Assembly: GCA_963836755.1 (NCBI GenBank)
Contig: CAWIKF010000002.1
Span: forward strand, 224,001 to 288,000
Direction of reading: 5' to 3'
DNA: 64,000 nucleotides
Source: an uncultured Verrucomicrobiae bacterium
GTDB lineage: Bacteria > Verrucomicrobiota > Verrucomicrobiia > Chthoniobacterales > Chthoniobacteraceae
Within the stretch, counting starts at the first letter, position 1; each line of letters starts with the position of its first letter. The notes beneath the pieces are model-generated. The model was not told where the DNA came from. It made no database searches and was given only the letters and a program-made list of their open reading frames with translations. The position numbers and the translations under genes are program-made. Shown here one piece after another: positions 8,875 to 18,298 of this stretch.

Positions 8875-10008
8875 TTATTTGATGAAGCCCCAGTGCGGCT
8901 TGAACGGCCAGTAAACGAAGAGCGCGTAGCCCATGAGATTTTGCGCGGGGACCGTCCCCCAGTAGCGGCTGTCCGAGGAATTGTAGCTGTTGTCGCCCAT
9001 CGCGAAATACGAATGCTCCGGCAATCGAAACGGGCGATCCGGCGCGCTCAAGTATCCATTCGCTGGCCCAAACCCGTAGCCGCGGTAGCCGCCGGGCGGG
9101 TCGTTTTGTGTGCCGCTCATCACGCGCTGAAAGCCGATTCCCTGCGCGAGCTGGCCATTGATATATAGATGCGGCGAATCGACGCGCAGTTCGTCGCCGG
9201 GCAGGCCGACGAGGCGCTTGATGTAAAACTGCGAGCCCTCGATGTGCTGCATCTCCAGCGAGCGATCGATGTCGCGGATGCCGGTCGTTTTGAAAACGAA
9301 AACTTCCCCGCGATGAGGCGGGCGAAAGTTATACGACATTTTGTCCACAAAGACGTGGTCGCCCGCATCGACATAGCCGCGCACCATCACCTCGCCCGTG
9401 CGGTATTGGCGCATCAGATCGAGGTGAAAATAGCGAAGCAGAGTGTCGCGCGGCACCCACGCGTGATAGACGCTGTGCGTGCACTGGATGTCCGTGATCG
9501 TGAAAAAAAACAGAACCTTCCGCTCGCGCAGATCGACGATCTGGTCGTTCGACTCGGCGATGACGTTGATGTAATTGCGACCGCTCACGACGAAATCGGC
9601 CACGCGCCGGAGCGGATTCGGCGGCGGATCGGTCGTTTCATAGCCGATGATACCGTTGAGCGTCGGCTGCATCGACCCGGTCGGAATCGTGAACGGCTGG
9701 AGAAAATAAGTGCGCACGCCGATCGCGACGACGATCGCGACGAGGAAGACTTCGCAGTTTTCCCGCCAGCCGGCATCGGCCACCGGCGGCAGATGACCGC
9801 TCCAGCGCGCGTCAAGTTTTTCCGCGGCCTCGTCCACGGCAACTTTGTCGCGATTGCGAATTGCCGCGCGCAGTTTTTTCATTTGCGCCTCGAATTCCGC
9901 AACTTCCTCCGAAGTCAGTAAATCCCGTTTGTAATGCAGCAATTTGCGCGCATTTTTCAGGATGATGTGCGCTTCCTTGATATAGCGCGGTGCGAAAAAA
10001 TTTAACAT
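8875..10008 (-). CDS. lepB: Signal peptidase I
   Basis: 'QPFTIPTGSMQPTL' (catalytic Ser), 'YIKRLVGLPGD' (Lys), 'MGDNSYNSSDSRYWG'. Confidence 0.95.
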   Translation of the reverse strand: MLNFFAPRYIKEAHIILKNARKLLHYKRDLLTSEEVAEFEAQMKKLRAAIRNRDKVAVDEAAEKLDARWSGHLPPVADAGWRENCEVFLVAIVVAIGVRTYFLQPFTIPTGSMQPTLNGIIGYETTDPPPNPLRRVADFVVSGRNYINVIAESNDQIVDLRERKVLFFFTITDIQCTHSVYHAWVPRDTLLRYFHLDLMRQYRTGEVMVRGYVDAGDHVFVDKMSYNFRPPHRGEVFVFKTTGIRDIDRSLEMQHIEGSQFYIKRLVGLPGDELRVDSPHLYINGQLAQGIGFQRVMSGTQNDPPGGYRGYGFGPANGYLSAPDRPFRLPEHSYFAMGDNSYNSSDSRYWGTVPAQNLMGYALFVYWPFKPHWGFIK

Positions 10009-10337
10009 TGTCGTGGCGGGCGGCGCTGCGGGATGGACGCCGCAAGCGAATGAAATTTGAAACCGCACATTAGGCCAGTTAAAAAATAGGTTCCTTCGCG
10101 AAACGGTCTTCCCACGTTTTCGCGGCACCGCGCCAGCCCTGAGTTGAACGAAACAATGATCTGCTTGTCGAAGTGGAGCGATTCATTTCGCGCCCGAAAA
10201 ATCCCGAATTAAAATGCCCGTTCCCTCGCGTCCATGCGCCGCTGAATTTGCATCCGCTGCGCGGACGCACGCGTGGCGTTTTGGTTTGGTGCCACGTCGG
10301 CCAGCAGCACGATTCTGAGATGCGCTCGCGGAATTTC

Positions 10338-11675
10338 ATGAGAATGCTCGTGGCGCTGGCGTTCGCGCTGGGTCATTTGCGCGCCGAGGAAAATGTGCGA
10401 CCGCCGTCGCGCGTAATCACGCTCGACGAGGCTTACGATTTGACGCTTGCGAGTGACCAGTCGATCCGCATCGCGTTTCTCGAGATTCGCAAGGCGAACC
10501 TGCTCCCGTGGAGTGCGCTCACGCGGCTCGGGCCGTCGCTGACCGGCAGCGGAAATTTCGACCGCTCGCAGACGAGGAGCACAGGCGGCACGATCGTGAC
10601 GAGCACGGACAACGGCACCTTCATTACCTCGCCGACCACGACGAATGCGCAGCAGCGCGGCGCGAGACTTTCCTTTCAGCAAACGCTCGTCGATTTCACC
10701 GTTTTTCCCGCGTATCATCTCGGCAAGCTTTCCGCGCGCTCGGCCCGGCTCGAATATCAATTCACCGTGCGGCAGACGCTTTTCGGCGTCGCACAGGCTT
10801 ATTACGCGGTGCTCAAAGACCAGAGCGTCGTCGCGATCAATCAGCAGACGGTCGATCTCGCGGGGCAGCAGCTCGACCTCTCGCGGAAGCGCTACAACGC
10901 GGGCGATGTCGCGCGGCTCGATGTCTCGCGCGCCCGCGCCACGCTCGAGGATGCGCGCAATACTTTGATCCAATCGCAGAACACGCTCGCGGTCGATCGC
11001 AACGTCCTCGCGAATATTCTAAACCTCGGCGGCGACGTAAATTTTAAGCTGGCTGAGCCGCCAGCCGCGCCGGTCGTGGATGCGCCTTTTGAAACCGTGT
11101 TAAACAACGCGTTCACTCGCCGCGAAGATTTTCTCGCCGCCAAAATTGCCATCGATCAGGACATCGCACGCCGCAACGAAATCATCGGCGAATACGCGCC
11201 GCGCATCGTCGCGCAAACGTCCGAGGGCTTGACCGACTATCCCGGCCTCACGCGCGACAACCGCGTCTGGGACGCCACGCTTTCTGTGCAGATGCCGTTC
11301 CTCACCGGCGGTCAGCGCGAGCTCGATTTGATCACCGCGAATCATCAGATCAACGAAACGCGGCTCAATTTTGAAAAGACGAAAAAGTCGCTGCAGGAAG
11401 AAGTGAAAAACGCATGGCTGCAGGTCGGAACGCTGCAGGCGTCGCTCGTCGCGCTGCGCGCGGAGGTCGAGGCGAACGTGCAAAATTACAACGATCTCCA
11501 GGCGCAATATCAGGCCGGCAGCGCCACCAGCCTGGACGTGCAGGCCGCGCTGCGGGACTTGAATAATTCGCGCACGATGCTGACCGGGCAGGTTTATGCT
11601 TTCCAGGTCGCGCTGCGCGATTTGCAGCGCGCGCAGGCGGATTTCCAGGAAGGGCGCGTGCCGAAACTGAAGTAA
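10338..11675 (+). CDS. TolC-family outer membrane efflux protein
   Basis: Signal peptide; 'RYNAGDVARLDV' and 'QYQAGSATSLDV' OEP repeats; start could also be 10320. Confidence 0.9.
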   Translation: MRMLVALAFALGHLRAEENVRPPSRVITLDEAYDLTLASDQSIRIAFLEIRKANLLPWSALTRLGPSLTGSGNFDRSQTRSTGGTIVTSTDNGTFITSPTTTNAQQRGARLSFQQTLVDFTVFPAYHLGKLSARSARLEYQFTVRQTLFGVAQAYYAVLKDQSVVAINQQTVDLAGQQLDLSRKRYNAGDVARLDVSRARATLEDARNTLIQSQNTLAVDRNVLANILNLGGDVNFKLAEPPAAPVVDAPFETVLNNAFTRREDFLAAKIAIDQDIARRNEIIGEYAPRIVAQTSEGLTDYPGLTRDNRVWDATLSVQMPFLTGGQRELDLITANHQINETRLNFEKTKKSLQEEVKNAWLQVGTLQASLVALRAEVEANVQNYNDLQAQYQAGSATSLDVQAALRDLNNSRTMLTGQVYAFQVALRDLQRAQADFQEGRVPKLK

Positions 11676-11679
11676 AAAA

Positions 11680-12864
11680 ATGTCTCATCTTACGAAAATA
11701 ATCGTTGTCCTCCTGTTGCTCGCCATGGTGCTCGGCGGCGCGTGGTATTGGAAAAAGTCGCACACCGTCGACGTCAACTATCAAACTTCGGCCGTGACGA
11801 GAGGCGATCTGACCGAAGCGGTCACCGCAACGGGCACATTGAATCCGGTTTTGAACGTTCAGGTCGGCAGCCAGATCTCGGGCAATATCGCGAAACTTTT
11901 CGCCGATTATAACTCGCCGGTGAAAGCGCAGCAGGTGGTCGCGCAGATTGATCCGGCGATCTATCAGGCAACCGTTACGCAGGCTCAGGGCGATCTCGCG
12001 AACGCGGAGGCGGCGCTCGAACTGGCGCAGGTGAATGCGAAGCGCACACAGGAATTACGCGTTCAAAATGCGACGCCGCAGTCGACGCTCGACACGGCGC
12101 TGGCCACGCTGCACCAGGCCGAGGCGACGGTGAAAATCAAGGAGGGCGCGCTTGCTCGCGCCAAAGTTGACCTCGATCACTGCACGATTTATTCGCCGAT
12201 CGATGGCATCGTCATCTCGCGCAGCGTCGACGTGGGCCAGACCGTGGCCGCGAGCTTGAGCGCGCCGGTTATTTTTCAAATCGCAAACGACCTGACGAAA
12301 ATGCAGATCGACGCGAACGTCGCGGAAGCCGATGTCGGCAATGTAGAAGCCGGCCAGATGGTCGATTTCACCGTCGACGCTTTCCCGTATCGCACTTTTC
12401 ACGGCAAAGTCGTGCAGGTCCGCAACGCGCCGATCACCGTGCAAAACGTGGTCACGTATGACACCGTCATCGGCGTCAACAACGACGACCAGAAATTGAA
12501 GCCGGGCATGACGGCGAACGTCTCGGTGATCATTGCGCAGCGCTCGAATGTTTTAAAAATCAGCAACGCCGCGCTCCGTTTTCGTCTTCCCGAAAAACAG
12601 GCCGGCCCTTCGCCGACGCCAGCCGCGCCGCCGCCCGGACGCAAGGTTCGTGGCGCGCGCAAAATTGAGCGCACCGTCTATGTGTTAAACGATGACTACA
12701 CACAGCCGCGGCCCGTGCAAATCAAGCCCGGCATCAGCGATGGCATCACGACTGAGGTCACGGAAGGCTTGAAAGAAGGCGATAGCGTCGTCGTCAGCTC
12801 GACCGTTTCCACGAGCCACGGCGCCGGCTCGCACAATCCTTTTTCGCCCGGTCGCCATTTCTAG
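11680..12864 (+). CDS. MacA-type periplasmic adaptor subunit
   Basis: 'VQVGSQISG', 'IYSPIDGIV', 'GQTVAASL', 'LKPGMTANV'. Confidence 0.92.
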   Translation: MSHLTKIIVVLLLLAMVLGGAWYWKKSHTVDVNYQTSAVTRGDLTEAVTATGTLNPVLNVQVGSQISGNIAKLFADYNSPVKAQQVVAQIDPAIYQATVTQAQGDLANAEAALELAQVNAKRTQELRVQNATPQSTLDTALATLHQAEATVKIKEGALARAKVDLDHCTIYSPIDGIVISRSVDVGQTVAASLSAPVIFQIANDLTKMQIDANVAEADVGNVEAGQMVDFTVDAFPYRTFHGKVVQVRNAPITVQNVVTYDTVIGVNNDDQKLKPGMTANVSVIIAQRSNVLKISNAALRFRLPEKQAGPSPTPAAPPPGRKVRGARKIERTVYVLNDDYTQPRPVQIKPGISDGITTEVTEGLKEGDSVVVSSTVSTSHGAGSHNPFSPGRHF

Positions 12865-12866
12865 CA

Positions 12867-13628
12867 ATGAGCGCAGTCATCCTGCTCGACAAAATCGAAA
12901 AGACCTATCAGTCGGGCGAGGTCAAAGTTCAAGCCGTGCGCGGCGTTTCGCTCGAGATCGGCAAAGGCGAGTTCGTCGCATTCCTCGGCGCGAGCGGCTC
13001 CGGAAAATCGACGATGATGAACATCCTCGGCTGCCTCGACCGCCCGACCGCCGGTCGTTATTTGCTCGATGGCGTCGATGTCTCGGCGCTCGGGCGCGAC
13101 GAGCTCGCGGACATCCGCAGCCGCAAGCTCGGATTCGTTTTTCAAAGTTTCAATCTGCTCTCACGGACCTCTGCCGTGGAAAATGTGGAGCTGCCGCTGC
13201 TTTACGGACATCGGCATTTCACAGCCGGCGAGCTGCGCGCGAAAGCCGGCCACGCGCTCGACATCGTCGGCCTTTCGCAGCGCGCCGATCATCATCCGAG
13301 CCAGCTTTCCGGCGGGCAGCAGCAGCGCGTCGCCATTGCCCGCGCACTCATCAACGATCCGGAAGTTTTGCTCGCCGACGAGCCGACCGGCAATCTCGAC
13401 AGCCGCACGAGCGTGGAAATCATGGGCGTTTTTCAAAGGCTCAACGAGCAAGGCATCACGGTCATCATGGTCACGCACGAGCTCGACATCGCGAATTACA
13501 CGAAGCGCAACATTGTCATGCGCGACGGCAGCGTTCTCAGCGACACGCTCGTCGCGGGGCGATTGAATGCGGCCGATGAAATGCGAGAATTGGATGAAGC
13601 GCACCGCGAGGTGCAGCTCGCGCCATGA
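12867..13628 (+). CDS. ABC transporter ATP-binding protein (MacB-type)
   Basis: [31 protein letters not shown]. Confidence 0.95.
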   Translation: MSAVILLDKIEKTYQSGEVKVQAVRGVSLEIGKGEFVAFLGASGSGKSTMMNILGCLDRPTAGRYLLDGVDVSALGRDELADIRSRKLGFVFQSFNLLSRTSAVENVELPLLYGHRHFTAGELRAKAGHALDIVGLSQRADHHPSQLSGGQQQRVAIARALINDPEVLLADEPTGNLDSRTSVEIMGVFQRLNEQGITVIMVTHELDIANYTKRNIVMRDGSVLSDTLVAGRLNAADEMRELDEAHREVQLAP

Positions 13629-14839
13629 GACTCGCTTCCACTTTCACCATCGCCGCGCGCGCCTTGCGGCGAAATAAAATGCGCTCCGTCCTGACCGCGC
13701 TAGGCATCATCATCGGCGTCGGCGCAGTGATCGCGATGGTCAGCATCGGCAACGGCGCAAAGGCGCAGGTCGAGGCGCAGATCGCGAGCCTCGGCGAAAA
13801 TGTGATTCTGATTTTTTCCGGCAGCGTGACTTCCAGCGGCTTGCACACCGGCTACGGCAGCGCGCCTTTGAAAGTTTCCGATGCCGAGGCGATCAAGCGC
13901 GAGATCCCGAGTGTCGTGCGCGTGAGCCCGGAAGTGCGCGGCGCAAATCAGGTTCAGGCTGGCAGCCAGAATTGGTTCACGCAAATTCTCGGCGAGTCCG
14001 AAGATTATCTCGACCTGCGCCAATGGCCGCTCGCGGAGGGCGTCAGCTTTACCGATCAAGATGTGCGCAGCGCGAACAAAGTCACCGTCATCGGCGAAAC
14101 GCTCGCGCATCAAATTTACGGAAACGACAGCGCGCTCGGCCAAATTTTGCGCATCAAAAATGTCCCGTTCACCGTCGTCGGCGTGCTAACGCCGAAAGGA
14201 CTTTCCGTGATGGGGCAGGATCAGGACGACGTCGCCATCGTCCCCTACACCAGCGCCGTCAAACGCCTCTTCGGCAACTGGAACTTGCGCGCGATCACCG
14301 TGCAAGTGGCGAGCCAGGCTGATCTCCCGGTCGCGCAGCAGGAGATCATCGAACTGATGCGGCAGATCCATCACATCACTCCGGGCAAGGACGATGATTT
14401 CACCGTGCGCAACCAGGAAGAAATTGCCGAGACTGCGACTGCGACGACGAAAATCATGACTGCGCTGCTCGGCGCGATCGCGAGCGTCTCACTGCTCGTC
14501 GGCGGCATCGGCATCATGAATATCATGCTCGTCAGCGTGACCGAGCGGACGCGTGAGATCGGCATTCGCATGGCGGTCGGCGCGCACGGCAGCGACATCC
14601 TGCTGCAATTTTTAATCGAGGCGCTCGCGCTCAGTTCCGCCGGCGGGATCATCGGCATCATTCTCGGTCTTAGCGCGTCAAAAATTCTGGCGACGCTCGC
14701 GCAGTGGCCGACTTTGATTTCGATCACGCCGATCGTCGTCTCATTCCTCTTCAGCGCCGCCGTCGGAATTTTCTTTGGCTTTTATCCTGCCAAAAAGGCT
14801 TCAGAACTCGATCCCATCGAAGCACTCCGCTACGAATAG
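13625..14839 (+). CDS. MacB/FtsX-family ABC permease
   Basis: 'GIGIMNIMLVSVTERTREIGIRMAVGA', 'DPIEALRYE'. Confidence 0.95.
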   Translation: MRLASTFTIAARALRRNKMRSVLTALGIIIGVGAVIAMVSIGNGAKAQVEAQIASLGENVILIFSGSVTSSGLHTGYGSAPLKVSDAEAIKREIPSVVRVSPEVRGANQVQAGSQNWFTQILGESEDYLDLRQWPLAEGVSFTDQDVRSANKVTVIGETLAHQIYGNDSALGQILRIKNVPFTVVGVLTPKGLSVMGQDQDDVAIVPYTSAVKRLFGNWNLRAITVQVASQADLPVAQQEIIELMRQIHHITPGKDDDFTVRNQEEIAETATATTKIMTALLGAIASVSLLVGGIGIMNIMLVSVTERTREIGIRMAVGAHGSDILLQFLIEALALSSAGGIIGIILGLSASKILATLAQWPTLISITPIVVSFLFSAAVGIFFGFYPAKKASELDPIEALRYE

Positions 14840-14862
14840 AAAAAAGTCTGGTTTGCCTGGTT

Positions 14863-15588
14863 ATGACGCCGCTCGAAGAACGCATCGAATATAAGTTCCG
14901 CAACTCGCTCCTGCTCGCGGAAGCGCTGACGCACCCGAGCCTCGGGCACGAAACGCAGCGCCATCATTTCGACAACCAGCGGCTGGAATTTCTCGGCGAC
15001 GCCGTGCTGCAGCTCGTTTTCACGCGCTGGCTTTTCGATTCATTCCCGACTTTCAGCGAGGGTCAGCTCACCAAAATGCGCTCGCGTCTCGTCTCGCGCG
15101 AAGGCCTCAAAGTTCGCGCCATTGGGATCAAGCTCGGCAAATATTTGATGATGGGCAAAGGCGAGGAATCGAGCGGTGGTCGCGTCCGCGCCGCGGCGCT
15201 GGCCGATGCGTTTGAAGCGCTCGTCGGCGCGATGTATCTCGACAGCAATCTGGAAACCGTGCGGAACTTTTTGCTCAGGGAAGCGCGCGCGAATCTCGCC
15301 GATCTCCATCTCGAGCCGGCGGACGCGAATCCAAAAGGCCGGCTGCAGGAGCTGCTGCAATCGATCACGCCGGTGAGTCCGGAATATCTGATCACCGCGC
15401 AGTCGGGGCCCGAGCATCAAAAAAGTTTTGTCGCCGTCGTCACATGGAATGGTCACGAGCTCGGGCGCGGCGAAGGGAACAGCAAAAAAGAAGCGCATTC
15501 GGCTGCTGCGCTCGACGCGCTCAACCGCGAAATGTGGAAAAAGGAACCGGCCGATAACATGCCGATAAGTGCGGACAACGTGGAATAA
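14863..15588 (+). CDS. rnc: Ribonuclease III
   Basis: 'NQRLEFLGDAVL' signature, 'ADAFEALVGAMYLD', C-terminal dsRBD. Confidence 0.97.
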   Translation: MTPLEERIEYKFRNSLLLAEALTHPSLGHETQRHHFDNQRLEFLGDAVLQLVFTRWLFDSFPTFSEGQLTKMRSRLVSREGLKVRAIGIKLGKYLMMGKGEESSGGRVRAAALADAFEALVGAMYLDSNLETVRNFLLREARANLADLHLEPADANPKGRLQELLQSITPVSPEYLITAQSGPEHQKSFVAVVTWNGHELGRGEGNSKKEAHSAAALDALNREMWKKEPADNMPISADNVE

Positions 15589-15815
15589 CTTTGCCGCGCA
15601 GGTCGCATTTTCAAAACGATTCGCGCAGCATCCAATTTTATTCGCAACGCGATTCGGCTGCGGAACCTTTCTCAGGCCAATGTGGAACGGAACTTCGGCA
15701 GCTTGTTCACAAGATTAAGAAGAAGAGATAGAGGTGTTTTAGAAATTCTTTTTAATAAAGAATGTGAACAAATCAGCACCGGCGCCTTTCAAAAACAGAG
15801 GAGTTCTGTGTTAAA
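15533..15815. other. Candidate chromosomal replication origin (DnaA-box cluster plus AT-rich element)
   Basis: TGTGGAAAA 15533 (perfect match to TTWTNCACA); 1-mismatch boxes TTATTCGCA 15638, TTGTTCACA 15703, TGTGAACAA 15763, TGTGTTAAA 15807; AT-rich 15712-15762. Confidence 0.6.
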
Positions 15816-15833
15816 AATGTCGCTCAGAAGATC

Positions 15834-16709
15834 ATGAATCCAGCAGCCGCCGACGCCGCAGAGATCACGCGCGCGAGCAAATCAAATCTCGCGCTGGCGT
15901 TCATCGCGCTGCCACGGCAACGCCGGAGCGACATGGAAACTTTTTACGCTTTTTGCCGCGTCATCGACGACATCGCCGATTCGCCCGACGTCGAGCTTTC
16001 GGAAAAACTTCGCCGGATGCGGCTCTGGCGCGAAGCGCTCGCCGACGCGTTTGCGGGCGAGCCGCCGCTCGGAAAATCGGTCCGCGCGCTGATGCAGCGC
16101 TACATGATTCCGCGTTCGCTTTTCGAGGAAATCATCGCCGGCGTGGAGATGGATTTTGTTCCGCGTCGTTTTCAAACTTTTGAAGAGCTGCGCGGCTATT
16201 GCTACCGCGTCGCCAGCGCGGTCGGCCTCGTGAGCATCGAAATTTTCGGCTACCGAAATCTCGCGTGCAAAGAATACGCAGTCGATCTCGGCATCGCGCT
16301 CCAGCTCACGAACATTCTGCGCGACGTGGCGGAGGATCTCGGAAACGGTGGCCGCATTTATCTGCCGCTCGACGACCTCGCGCAGTTCGACTACACCCCC
16401 TACGATCTCGCGGAGCATGTTTACGACGGTCGGTTTCTTGCGCTGATGAACTTTGAGGCCGAGCGGGCAGTCGGGTTTTACGAAAAGGCGGTGGCGGAAT
16501 TGCCGCGAGAGGACCGGCGACGAATGATCGCCGCGGAAATCATGCGAGTCGTCTACGGGCGGGTGCTGGAAAAAATGCGCGCCGATGGCTTTCGCGTGTT
16601 TGACAGACGTTATCATCTGACCAGCATCGGGAAACTTGGAATCATCGCGCGAGTTTTTGCCCAGACATTTTTGCATCTGCCACCCGTCATGATCGGCAGG
16701 CGTCCGTAA
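15834..16709 (+). CDS. Squalene/phytoene synthase family (HpnD-like)
   Basis: 'YAFCRVIDDIAD', 'YCYRVASAVG', 'LQLTNILRDVAED'. Confidence 0.9.
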   Translation: MNPAAADAAEITRASKSNLALAFIALPRQRRSDMETFYAFCRVIDDIADSPDVELSEKLRRMRLWREALADAFAGEPPLGKSVRALMQRYMIPRSLFEEIIAGVEMDFVPRRFQTFEELRGYCYRVASAVGLVSIEIFGYRNLACKEYAVDLGIALQLTNILRDVAEDLGNGGRIYLPLDDLAQFDYTPYDLAEHVYDGRFLALMNFEAERAVGFYEKAVAELPREDRRRMIAAEIMRVVYGRVLEKMRADGFRVFDRRYHLTSIGKLGIIARVFAQTFLHLPPVMIGRRP

Positions 16710-16751
16710 AAGCTGGTTGTGTCGAACCAGAAAGCGTAAATCCATTCGGTC

Positions 16752-17117
16752 ATGAAACTTCTCGTCACGTCCCTTTCCATCACGGCTGCTGTGTTGCTCA
16801 ATGGTTGCGATTCACCCACCGGTCTCGGCGCGATGTCGGGCGCGGGCGCGGGCGCGCTCATCGGTGGCACGCATGGACATCACGCTGTGGAAGGCGCGCT
16901 GATCGGCGCGGCGGCGGGCGCATTGATTGGGCACATGATCGGCCACGCGGATGATAGTGGTTACTACGAAGGGCGGCGGCTTCCTTATGGCCGGCCAGTC
17001 GGCGGCGGCATGCAAGAAAGCCCCTACTATCCGCATAACGTGATCGACACGCGCGGAATCCCGCACGGCGCAGTGATTGAGGATCCCACGACTGGCGGCC
17101 GTTTCATCAAAGAATAG
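16752..17117 (+). CDS. Glycine-zipper lipoprotein
   Basis: Lipobox LNGC; 'GAGAGALIG...GALIGAAAGALIG'. Confidence 0.85.
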   Translation: MKLLVTSLSITAAVLLNGCDSPTGLGAMSGAGAGALIGGTHGHHAVEGALIGAAAGALIGHMIGHADDSGYYEGRRLPYGRPVGGGMQESPYYPHNVIDTRGIPHGAVIEDPTTGGRFIKE

Positions 17118-17177
17118 GTCGTCCCGAACCCGACTTTCTCGCTGACAGCGAGAGACTTCGTGCTAGGGTTGCCGCGC

Positions 17178-17591
17178 ATGTCCCCGGAAAGTTCGTCGCC
17201 GCGTCACGAGATCAAAAACATTCTGCTTTTGGATGACGATGTCGAGCTGGCGGACACACTGAAATCGCTGCTCGAATCACGAAACTTTGTCGTCACCACG
17301 GTCGAAAATGGCCTCGAAGGTTTGCGCGAGGTGATGGCGTTCGATTTTGACGTCATCATGTGTGACATGTTCATGCCGCACATGCCGGGCGATATGTTTT
17401 ACCTGGCGGTGGAAAAGACGAAACCGGATTTGTGCAAGCGATTCATTTTCATCACCGGCTATCCCGATGAGCCGAAGGTGACGAAATTTTTGGAGCAACT
17501 CCGTTCGCCGCTGGTGCTCATCAAGCCCGTCGACAGCGATGATCTGCTCCGCACGATAGATTACGTGTTAAACAACCGCTCAGGCGGGTAA
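17178..17591 (+). CDS. Single-domain response regulator
   Basis: 'ILLLDDD', 'DVIMCDMFMP', 'FITG', 'KP'. Confidence 0.9.
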   Translation: MSPESSSPRHEIKNILLLDDDVELADTLKSLLESRNFVVTTVENGLEGLREVMAFDFDVIMCDMFMPHMPGDMFYLAVEKTKPDLCKRFIFITGYPDEPKVTKFLEQLRSPLVLIKPVDSDDLLRTIDYVLNNRSGG

Positions 17592-17617
17592 AAGTTCGCG
17601 CGGTTTAAGAAAACGCG

Positions 17618-18298
17618 CTACCGCTCGCGCGAATAGAGCTGGCTGTTTTCGTCGAGATTTTTCACGACGGTGCAAAGGAAGACCGGCTCCGGATGCAGCT
17701 CTTTGTATTTGGAAATTTCCGCGCGGTTGAAAACCCGGAAGCCGTAGCGCTCAAACATTTTCACGCCGCGCCGGCTCTCAAACGTGACCATCTGGCCGTA
17801 AACGCGCTTCTCGCCGTGCTCGTGCAGATATTGAAGATACGCATCCATCAGCGCACGCGTCGTCGGGATCGTCCGCGCGTCCGCGAGCAGATTGATGTGG
17901 AAATGCGCGGTGCGGCGCGGCGCCGCGGGCACCTCGCGCCAGCCGTTGAGGATGATCCAATGCACGAACCGCCGCGACGCGGCGTTGTAGCGCGGGTAGT
18001 GAAAAATGCCGCGCAAAAATAGGCCGATGTTTTGGTAGATGTTGTAAACCTGCTGGCGAAAAGGATGCCGCGAGCCGAGTAAATATCCTTTCGGCTCGCC
18101 ATTGACCTCGAGCACGAACGCGGATTCCGGTTCCCAATCGGTGTAATAGCCGGTCAGAAAATCGGCGAAAAGTTCGCGATCTTCAAAAACCGGGTCGATC
18201 GGCTTTCCGAGAAAACCAGTTTCGCAGCAGAGATGGCGCACTGCGCTGCGGTCCTTCGCGCAATACGGGCGGATGGTAAAATTGCGTTCTTCAGACAT
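17618..18298 (-). CDS. GNAT-family acetyltransferase
   Basis: 'IRPY...DR', 'AHFHINLL', 'MFERYGF'. Confidence 0.7.
   Translation of the reverse strand: MSEERNFTIRPYCAKDRSAVRHLCCETGFLGKPIDPVFEDRELFADFLTGYYTDWEPESAFVLEVNGEPKGYLLGSRHPFRQQVYNIYQNIGLFLRGIFHYPRYNAASRRFVHWIILNGWREVPAAPRRTAHFHINLLADARTIPTTRALMDAYLQYLHEHGEKRVYGQMVTFESRRGVKMFERYGFRVFNRAEISKYKELHPEPVFLCTVVKNLDENSQLYSRER

Noticed and set aside
10338..14839. TolC-MacA-MacB efflux operon as a novel system
   Set aside because: Common architecture with canonical motifs
15834..16709. hpnD-like gene as part of a terpene biosynthetic cluster
   Set aside because: No hpnC, hpnE, shc or crt genes adjacent; dispersed hopanoid genes are ordinary
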